Source of the DNA: Candidatus Poribacteria bacterium
GTDB taxonomy: Bacteria; Poribacteria; WGA-4E; WGA-3G
Assembly (NCBI GenBank): GCA_965198235.1
Contig: OZ240248.1
Coordinates: 3,072,001 to 3,136,000, forward strand
Direction: 5' to 3'
Length of the DNA stretch: 64,000 nucleotides
Shown here in pieces: positions 50,514 through 59,413 of the stretch. Under the pieces are notes generated by a model, which ran no database searches, was not told where the DNA came from, and saw nothing but the letters and a program-made list of their open reading frames with translations. The first letter of the stretch is position 1, and each line of letters opens with the position of its first letter. The translations under genes and the position numbers were made by a program.

Positions 50514-53500
50514 TCACACATCCTCCCACAAAACCCCATCAATCGCCTCCATAACCCGAAGCGTCTCCGCTACAGCCACCAAAATCGCACGATACTGCTG
50601 CAACTCCATGCGCTGCAACTCCTCTCCCCGTCGATCCTTCAACCACTTCTCGCACACCTGATACGCACCGATCTCATATTCCCAGACCTCCACAGGCACA
50701 TCCGTGAAATACTGGGTCGGATTGATCCAAACCTGTCCGTCCACGTAGCGCACTTGTGCAACGACACCGTCGCCTTCACCCTCAAACCGATGCACCGCCG
50801 GAACCCGTGTCTCTGTAGGAGCGACCTCCCCCTCCCCAGTAACGGGCGGGGACCCCGGTCGCGATATATCGTTTAGAAGATGACAATCGATCAAACGCTG
50901 CCCCAACGCCGCGAGTGTGCGGAAGTGTTCGATGTTTTGCGGCAACGGGATGCGCGGAAAATCGTATTTCAGGAACTCATAATACCGTTTGCGATATTTC
51001 GGACTATACAGGATTGCATAGATATAGGCGAGAATCCCCTCCGGTGAGACACCTTCAGGCAGATGAAGCGGCGCAACCTGTGGAAGTCCCAACGCCTCCA
51101 AAAGCGCGGTGAGAAACGCCGGTTTGAAATTGAGTGACCGCTCTGTTGAGATCCCTAATTCCTCTGGGTCTGGATACAAGTAGAGCGAAAAAACATAAGT
51201 GGATTCGCTGGTCCTGTTTGAGATGTAGGATTTGTCAGTGATTTGATCGGTTATCAAGACGTGTTGCCATATTGGGCTTTTGACGACGCGACAAACGCAG
51301 AGCGCAAGGTTTCCCGCAAGTAGATGAGACATAACAGCACCGCGAGGAGTACAGTGAAATCCACGCGATCGCCCAGTGTAGTAGGTCCAACGTGTATCAA
51401 ACGGACGATAGAGAATAGGTTTTATGTGCTGCTCGGAATCAGGGTGATTGCGGATATCCGCTTGGGCAAAATGAACCCGCCAATCTCGAGTATCCCTTGG
51501 TAATCTGTACCTCTCCCGCGCTTCATCTACAGAGAGTGAAACAAAATCAGTTACCGTTTCACGGACCTCTTCAACAGTTCGATGAATTGTAAATCTATCC
51601 CGACCTGTAGCAATCCCAACCGAACCTATATGAAAGATGTCGGTAAGTTCCCATCCACTTTCGTATTCAGCACTATAATCTGTTGCTTGCGGCACAAAGA
51701 GATAGCGGGGTGATGTCGGTTGTAGTTCACACCACTTCGTGGATTGGATATCGATCTCCGAAAGGATATTGTATTTCTCCTCTCGGAGACCCCACAGATC
51801 CGCGTAGCAGACCTTTGCTGGTGTAGAATTATCACTTTCTTTGACACACAACAGGATGCAAACCCCTTGTGAAATGTCGAATACGTTTTCATCCCTCTGT
51901 GCTGATGGAACGGCTTCCGTCCTCCTGTTACTCCCGTGTAGGTTGAGTAGGTAAATGGCGTTGAAACTGTCTAATAGGCTTTTACGCATGCCGCGGAACA
52001 TTGGACCATCAAGGAAACTATTATTGACAATGTAGCCGATAATACCTTCACCGTTTTTATCAATTCGCCACTGTGCCCACCGAGTAAATTTCACATAATC
52101 CGCTTGAAGTGTTTTTGAGTTTCTTTCACCGAGCGGTTCTCCGTTTACCTGTCTATAGTCCTCAATGAGTTCTCCGATAAAAGTTAACTCTCTACCTACA
52201 CGGCTTGGGTTGGCAGAATCGCGCGGATAGGGCGGATTACCGAGGATGACGAGGAGCGGTTCGTCCCGTTTCACCGAGAGTGCGGCGTTCGCTTCATCGG
52301 AGATAAACCCGCAAAGGGCAGGGATGGTTGCATTTCTGCTGGTTGTTCCAAAGTATTGGTGAGATAGATACGGAGGCGTTCATCGGCGCGCCACCCTTGT
52401 GCTTGCAGAAATAGACTCAACTTCAGATGCGCGATTGTATACGGCGCAACGAGCAGTTCAAACCCGAAAATCCGTTTCACCAATTGCGCGTTGATATACT
52501 GAATCCACTCCCCTGTGCCGTAGGTCTCGGTGACCGACTCACGGATGTGATCCAACACTGTCAACAGAAAACCGCCAGTCCCCGTGGCAGGGTCAAGGAT
52601 GAGCGTGTTGTCATCGGCGAGACCGTCGGGTCTGTTCAATTCCGTTTTGAGCAGACTATCCACGGATCTGACGATGTAGGAGATAACCTGTGGCGGTGTG
52701 TAGTAGACCCCACGATCAACGCGCCGCTGCGGATCGTATTCGGCGAGGAAGGTCTCGTAGAAATGGATAACCGGATCTTCGAGGTGATTTCTGGCGGCAA
52801 ACGCTGTGCGGAGCATCTCTGTCGGGACGTTTCGGAGTAGCGACGCGATGTCGTCCAGAATGTAAGTAACGTTTGTCTCCAGTGTCGGGGAGGCGACGTG
52901 ATAAAAGAGTTGGACGAGGAACGGATTTGACTTCGGAAGTGCCTCGGCGGCGGTGTGTCGTGAGAAGTTCGTCGCATTCGGCAATGTACAGCGTGCGGCA
53001 AACAACCCGTAGGCGAGAGTTTGCGCGTACATATCCGCAAAGTCGTCTGCGGTCAGCGTAGAGATGAGCGTCTCTTTGAACGCCGAGAACATCGCGTGGA
53101 TATTGCTGTTTTCATCGGTGAGCGTCGTTGAAATCTGTGTTTGGAGTTCCCGCGTCCGTCTCGCGAGATGTTTCGCAAGCACCTCCGGTGACCTGATTTG
53201 GACGTGTCCAGCGTTCAGAAATCGTTCCAGTAGCGTCTCTAAATTCTCAGGCGCGTCCGTGATGTTTGCGGTTGCACGTAGTTGTCCGTCCCTATACAAC
53301 CGAAATTCGACGAAATTGGTGAGGATGAAGTTATCAAGGTTTTCAATAAAGCGTGCGTTCTGTTCGCTGGCGTGCCCCGTGAGCGCATCGAGATTTCTGC
53401 CATAAGCTTCTGCCTCAATATAACCGATGGGCAACAACCCCTCCATCGCGATGAAGTCCGGTCTACCGATCTGATCCAACCTTCTCGGTTCTTGTGTGAA

Positions 53501-53653
53501 CCGGACGGTGTCTCTGTCGAAATGGTCAACAGCAATCCCCTCAAGAAATGCTTGGAGATGTGGGAATAACGAAAGTTCTGGGGTTGCCTCGGAAGTGGTT
53601 TGTGTTTGTTGGACGTTTTGTAGATAACGGTTGCAACGTGTATGAAAATTCAT
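50514..53653 (-). pseudogene. single-chain restriction-modification enzyme (N6 MTase plus type ISP-like specificity domain), frameshifted
   Basis: ORF1 has PDF...GYIEAE, GVYYTP and LDPATGTG; ORF2 has GNPPY and DFPRIP. One base is missing near 52305-52310; restoring it gives PFAGFISDEANAALSVKRDEP. Confidence 0.82.
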
Positions 53654-54873
53654 ATTTTATTTCACGGTCAGCCTTGTTAAGTTGATAATGTGGGTTCGGA
53701 AAAATCGTGTTTTCCATTATATGCTCTCTGCGTCTCAAGTGCAAGACTTTTTGTAGTAGAGAAACACGACGCATACAGTAGGTACGGTTTCCCAACTGGG
53801 ATTCTACCTGTTCTTAGAAGGCGCACTGAAGTCTTTCCGAACACGTGCTGCTGCCTAATGGTTGATTACCGACTGCTGATTGCTGACGGCTGACCGCTAA
53901 TTCGCGATAGGTGCGGTTTCCCAACCGCACCGGGTAACAACGAACCCATTGCATTTCCATCATTTCGCTGGCGAGGTTTCTAACCTCGCCTCTTGAGAGT
54001 GCCCAAGTAATTCTTAAATCTACTATAAATTAAGTCTAACAAACCTATGGGAATCCTATATCAGATGCCAAACCCCTAAAATCCGCGTCATCTGTGTAAT
54101 CCGTGTAATCTGCGATTCAGACAAGAAGGTTCTCTCATCCTGTAAAGATCGAAGAAGCCCGTGAATCCCAGTTCAGACAATTAACACCGCACATTACCCA
54201 ATTATACTAAGCTTTGGACAATTTTCAGCATTTGTATTACAGATGCGTTGTATCCTTTCAGGACACATGGCACTCCGCTGGAGTGCGAGAGGGTGGATAT
54301 ACCGTTTTCTATAGACATAGCAAGCCGAAGAAAGTGCGGTATTTTTCTCAGAGTTCCGTGAGTGTCTGGAACACGCGAAAAAATATACACGCCTTTGAAA
54401 ACTCAATTCATATGCAACACGAATTGTCCAAACTTTAGCAATTATAGTAAAACCCACAATTATTTTCACATTGCAGAGAGGCGGGGTTTGCAACCCCGCT
54501 CCACAATCTGTAGATTTTGCAATAAATAAAAAATAAATTTGCATCCTTATATTATATTATAGTATTATATATAATGTAATTCTAAATTAAGTATATAGGT
54601 CGGATTGAACACCATGAAATCCAACTGACGAACTATCCTGCTAACGGAAACCTATTACTGATGACTGATTGCTGACAGCCGATGGCTAATATTCTGATTG
54701 CTGACTGCTGATGGCTATCTCAATAAAATGTTACACTTTCCGCCAAATTATTTTTTTCCGTAGCAGAGGATCGCAGAAAAATGCCTCTGAGCCCTTACAG
54801 TTACTGGCTTCTCTGCCGATAACCGTTGTACACCAAATATTACACTGGTGTAACATTTTTAAGGAGAATTTTC

Positions 54874-55605
54874 ATGAAACTCGAAGAAAAACACAAAGAA
54901 TTCGTCGTCAAATGCTTCGCACGTTTTATGACATTAACCGATATCGTCAACGCATTCCTTGAGGAATTTGAAGACGATCTGCCCCCACCCGATATGTCAG
55001 AGGTCGTCACCCTCGAGGCATTAATGGCGGAGCCCTTCAGCGATGAAGATATCGAAGAAAAATCTGAATTCGTCGACGAATACATCGAGGAATTTATAGA
55101 GGAGCTTAAAGAAGAATATGGGAACGAAGCCGAGGAAAAGCTCAATCAAGAAGCACGCGAAGCGTTTGATTCTTTACGCGAAACACAATACCGTAAGGCG
55201 GCTAAGGAGTCCCTAGAAGACGCACTCGCAGGGCACGAAGATTGGCTCCAAAAAAATCTATTCAATCGCTTCCGACGCTTCGATATCGACCACCGTCAGT
55301 TCCCCGATAAATACAAGGCACTCTTTAACGAAACCCGCAATGAGTTCTGCGCCAATTACCGTATCCCCGACCTCAACGTTCCCGAAAACGTCGTCCGAGA
55401 ATTAGAGACCCTTTACGGACACGAGAAACAACTCATCTTTCAACACACGGGTTCAAGAGATGTTATGAAACATGTAACTTTGGCGCATCAAATCCTCAAG
55501 ACCATTATCACTTGCAATGCCATCAATTCACAACAAGAAGTCGTGGATGTTACACCCCAAGACGTAAAAGTCTTGAAGGAGACCCAAAAGGCTTTAACCG
55601 AATAG
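54874..55605 (+). CDS. DUF2280-like protein with an acidic insertion
   Basis: N-terminus LEEKHKEFVVKCFARF...EEF and later KYKALFNETRNEF...IP resemble DUF2280 as I recall it; AAGGAG RBS. Confidence 0.6.
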   Translation: MKLEEKHKEFVVKCFARFMTLTDIVNAFLEEFEDDLPPPDMSEVVTLEALMAEPFSDEDIEEKSEFVDEYIEEFIEELKEEYGNEAEEKLNQEAREAFDSLRETQYRKAAKESLEDALAGHEDWLQKNLFNRFRRFDIDHRQFPDKYKALFNETRNEFCANYRIPDLNVPENVVRELETLYGHEKQLIFQHTGSRDVMKHVTLAHQILKTIITCNAINSQQEVVDVTPQDVKVLKETQKALTE

Positions 55606-55666
55606 TGCCCCGCAGGAGAGACCTCCGATCAATAATCGAATGCCGCTGACGGTGCGGACAAACCGC

Positions 55667-55695
55667 TTGACAATGAAATATCTACATGGTATCCT
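55667..55695 (+). promoter_or_regulatory. sigma70-type promoter
   Basis: TTGACA-N17-TATCCT with extended TG. Confidence 0.6.
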
Positions 55696-55748
55696 TATTT
55701 AAACCGTTATGTATAAGAATATTGGTGCTACGGCTTGAGGAAAGAGAA

Positions 55749-57359
55749 ATGAGACGCTTTGGAACGCAGGGTCCCGTTCATCCACAGAGAAACTATGTCG
55801 TCAGTCGCGCTGCCGAACTCGCAGATTTCATCACGCGCGTCAAAGAGGGGCGTTACATTGTTATCTTCGCGCCGCGGCAGACCGGCAAAACGACCTTCTT
55901 TCAACGTGCCTTAGACGTATTTGCATACGAAGAGTCGGCTTACTTCCCGATTCCGTTGAATTTTGAGGTATATGAGGACTGCACGCCGTCGGTTTTTTAT
56001 AGCAGTCTTCACGAAGATATTTGCGAGGAGATAGAAAATGTTTTTGAGCGACGCGGAGAAGTCTTTTCTGAAGCATTGGCGGAATTTTTGGAGAACGCAG
56101 AAATAACCGATCATCTCTCGATGGGAAGATTCTTTAGACGTTTTTCCAGTTTTCTTGGTGACCAACGCGTTATCCTCATCATAGACGAGTTTGATGGCAT
56201 CCCGAAGGAGGCGGTGAGAGGCTTTCTGCATTCACTTCGCCGTATCTACGTCTCAAATGCTGTTTCTCGATGTCCGCATAGTGTCGGTATCGTTGGTGTC
56301 AAAAGTATTACGCAGCTGAACTACGACAGATCCATCTCTCCGTTCAATATCCAAGATGAATTCAACCTGCCGAACTTCACGCTTGAACAGGTGCAGGAAC
56401 TCCTTGGGCAATATACGGAAGAAGTTGATCAGGCGTTTGCCCCAGAGGTTATTGAATCTATTCATAAGCAGACTGCTGGACAACCTGTTCTCGTCAACCG
56501 ATTCGCGCAGATTCTCACCGAGGAGTTGGATATTCCCAAAACTGAACCGATGGCGATGCCACATTTTACAACGGCACATGCACAACTCCTTGAGGAAAAC
56601 AATGTCAACATCACACATTTGATAACCAACATCCGCAAAAACCCACGTTTTGAAAGTATGCTGATGCGCATCATGGAACGTGACGAAGGCGTGGACTTCA
56701 ATCCGGATAATCACATTATCAGTGAACTCGCCACTTATGGGGTCATCGCAAGAGGTAATGACGGTGCCTGTGAGATTCTCAATCCAATTTATCTCTATCG
56801 TATTATGAGGGCATTCAAGCCACTCGTAAACGGGTTAGAGCAAGAATACTTCCCGGAAGATACCAGCGACGCACTTCGTGATTATCTCACATCTACGGGG
56901 CAGATTGAAATGGAGGCGTTACTTGATAACTTCCAAGATTTCATAGCACGTGCAGGTTTCAGGATTTTGCAGGTCCCAGATACGCCGCAAGAATCGGTAG
57001 GACGGCACCTCTTGCTTGCCTATCTTGACGAGTTTGTTAGGCGTATCGGTGGTGTTATGCACATAGAGGTGAAAACCGGACGTGGTAGGATGGACATCCT
57101 TATTACTCACAATCAGCAAAAATACATTGTTGAGACAAAGATTTGGAGAGGCAATAGTCGCTATCAAGCAGGAAAGAAGCAATTAGCGGCATACCTCAAG
57201 TTGGAAGGCGCAACGCAAGGGTGCTATATAGTCTTTGATCATCGCCAAGATCCTGGGCAGCGTGTGGAGACCGAGACGATTGACGATGTAACAGTTCGGA
57301 GTTATGTGATTCCTGTTGTGCAGGAGCGACCTTCAGATGAACGCCTCCGTGATGCTTGA
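55749..57359 (+). CDS. AAA-like ATPase fused to a C-terminal PD-(D/E)xK nuclease-like domain
   Basis: APRQTGKTT, ILIIDEFD, SPFNI, TAGQP; GRMDILI...IVETK. Confidence 0.88.
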   Translation: MRRFGTQGPVHPQRNYVVSRAAELADFITRVKEGRYIVIFAPRQTGKTTFFQRALDVFAYEESAYFPIPLNFEVYEDCTPSVFYSSLHEDICEEIENVFERRGEVFSEALAEFLENAEITDHLSMGRFFRRFSSFLGDQRVILIIDEFDGIPKEAVRGFLHSLRRIYVSNAVSRCPHSVGIVGVKSITQLNYDRSISPFNIQDEFNLPNFTLEQVQELLGQYTEEVDQAFAPEVIESIHKQTAGQPVLVNRFAQILTEELDIPKTEPMAMPHFTTAHAQLLEENNVNITHLITNIRKNPRFESMLMRIMERDEGVDFNPDNHIISELATYGVIARGNDGACEILNPIYLYRIMRAFKPLVNGLEQEYFPEDTSDALRDYLTSTGQIEMEALLDNFQDFIARAGFRILQVPDTPQESVGRHLLLAYLDEFVRRIGGVMHIEVKTGRGRMDILITHNQQKYIVETKIWRGNSRYQAGKKQLAAYLKLEGATQGCYIVFDHRQDPGQRVETETIDDVTVRSYVIPVVQERPSDERLRDA

Positions 57360-57376
57360 CATTCGAGGAGGATGAA

Positions 57377-58138
57377 ATGCCTTATTGTACCGTGTGCAAG
57401 ATAGAGACTGATTATGAATACGATATAGCACTTTCCAACGGAGACTACCTTCATTATTCGTGTATAATCACGTTGCAAATGCGAAAACATGAGATTGAAA
57501 CTGTACTGCAGAGACAGATGCCACAACTCATTTTGTCGCTCTTTGTGCCAACTGAGGTTGTAGAACAAGACGTGGCCTCAGAGGCTGAGATTGAAGATTT
57601 ACGTGCTAAACTCGCGAAGTTAAAATCCGTTTTAACCGCAATCTATGACCATCTGCCGTGTTGGCCCCCGGATTGGGATGAACGGAAACGGCGGGTTATC
57701 AGGGAAAACGGTTCGGTCTGTTCACGTTGTGGTGAGGAGCAGGATGTCTATTTAGTGCACGATATCCCAGTATTTGAAGGTGGGACCAACGAGTTGGAGA
57801 ATCTCGTGCTGAGCTGCGCCGCATGTCATACGAGTATGTACAAGGAAGGCGATATTTTTGCCACCTTTACGCTAAATCCGTCACAGTCAGAATTCTCGGA
57901 ACAAGTCTCGGAAATCCAATCCGCGATTGACAATGATCAGAAGATTCAGTTTAACTATAAAAAGCCGAGTGCCAAAAGATGGATGACACGCGTCGTCGTG
58001 CCGGAGCGGTTTCTGAATATTCCAAACAACCGAGAGTCCGGTGAGACATTGTGTGTGGAAGGATTTTGCGAGTTACGACAGGATACCCGCGTCTTTGCAC
58101 TTGAGCGGATGCAAGCGTTAGAAGTCATTGGGGATTAG
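57377..58138 (+). CDS. Zn-finger + HNH-like + WYL-domain protein
   Basis: CTVC...HYSC; PPDW...CSRCG...HDIP..EGGTNELENLVLSCAACH; IQFNY...RVVVP...GFCELRQDTRVFALERM. Confidence 0.85.
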   Translation: MPYCTVCKIETDYEYDIALSNGDYLHYSCIITLQMRKHEIETVLQRQMPQLILSLFVPTEVVEQDVASEAEIEDLRAKLAKLKSVLTAIYDHLPCWPPDWDERKRRVIRENGSVCSRCGEEQDVYLVHDIPVFEGGTNELENLVLSCAACHTSMYKEGDIFATFTLNPSQSEFSEQVSEIQSAIDNDQKIQFNYKKPSAKRWMTRVVVPERFLNIPNNRESGETLCVEGFCELRQDTRVFALERMQALEVIGD

Positions 58139-58216
58139 CGAGAATAGGCAATGAGGTTGAGGCACCTATTCTAATTGAATCTTGTCCGAGCGAACATTCA
58201 CTAAGAAGAAGCAGCC

Positions 58217-59410
58217 ATGCGAGATATAGATATAAGAGCACTCTACTACATTACACATATAGACAACTTACCTTCTATCTTTGAGCGGGGCATCCTTTCC
58301 CGCGAAAGAATTGAAACAGAGGGCAGACAATTTGTTTCAATGTTTAAGGGGAGAACAGATGGTAAAAATAACATCAATAAAAGGAGCAAGATTAAACCCC
58401 GAGATGGTGGAAAAAGCCTCTTGAGTTACGCGAATTTATTGTTTCAACCACGTAACCCGATGATGTATCGTGCTATCTTTGAAACAGGTAAGGACAAACT
58501 TACCGTTCTTGAAGTAGCAGATACAGTCCTCAGTGAACAAGGAATTATCATCACAGACGGTAACGCGACCGATGAATTAACACAATTCTATCCGGGAATT
58601 CAAGGTCTGAAAAAACTTCAACAACAAGGGAAAATAATTCAGAGTGAGTGGTGGAAGAAGTGCGATGGATCAAAGCGCAAAATCATGGCGGAATGTTTAG
58701 TCCCTGACCATGTCAAGCCTGAATACATTCGTTCGGTTGTTATCGCTGACGATACACAGAGAAATTGGGTGCAGGGAACATTTAGTAATCCTAAATTTCC
58801 TATTATTTGTCAACCCGATATGTTTTTCCAACCTAAGCGTCGGATTGCAATCGGTAAAAATATTTCTCTTATTGACGGCGGTGATATGTTTTTCTCTGAG
58901 TTACAGACATTAACAGTTACAGTTAACCTTCAAGGAGTCATGGGCAAAGGATTGGCACTACGCACAAGAGAGCAATTTCCTGATGTCTATGTAGAATATG
59001 AGAAAGCATGTCGCTCAAAGAAAATCACAACTGAACGTCCTTATATCTATAAACGCGAGGAATCAGTTGCAGATGAGTTGTCAGATTTTAAACCACACCG
59101 TGTAAACATAAAAAATCCGATGAAGTGGTTTTTGCTTTTTGCGACAAAACGGCACTGGCGACAAAACTCACGTATAGAGGACATTGAAAGCGGTTTGAAA
59201 TGGTTACAGAACAACTATAAAGAAGAAGGTATCCAATCGCTAGCGATGTCTGCACTAGGCTGCGCATTGGGGGGTTTAAACTGGACAGATGTCGCTCCAT
59301 TGATGTGTAAGTACCTTGATGAAATAGGTATCCCTGTTGAAATCTATCTCCCCCGTGAATACTCAATTGAACCTCAACATTTAGTAGAATCACATCTCCT
59401 AACACGCTGA
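58217..59410 (+). CDS. DarT (DUF4433) DNA ADP-ribosyltransferase fused to a DarG-like macrodomain
   Basis: YYITHIDNL..I...GILS, PRNPMMY, TDGNA, MAECLVP; then GDMF...TVN..GVMGKGLA...FP...FATKRHWR...LGC..GGLNW. Confidence 0.9.
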   Translation: MRDIDIRALYYITHIDNLPSIFERGILSRERIETEGRQFVSMFKGRTDGKNNINKRSKIKPRDGGKSLLSYANLLFQPRNPMMYRAIFETGKDKLTVLEVADTVLSEQGIIITDGNATDELTQFYPGIQGLKKLQQQGKIIQSEWWKKCDGSKRKIMAECLVPDHVKPEYIRSVVIADDTQRNWVQGTFSNPKFPIICQPDMFFQPKRRIAIGKNISLIDGGDMFFSELQTLTVTVNLQGVMGKGLALRTREQFPDVYVEYEKACRSKKITTERPYIYKREESVADELSDFKPHRVNIKNPMKWFLLFATKRHWRQNSRIEDIESGLKWLQNNYKEEGIQSLAMSALGCALGGLNWTDVAPLMCKYLDEIGIPVEIYLPREYSIEPQHLVESHLLTR

Positions 59411-59413
59411 CAA

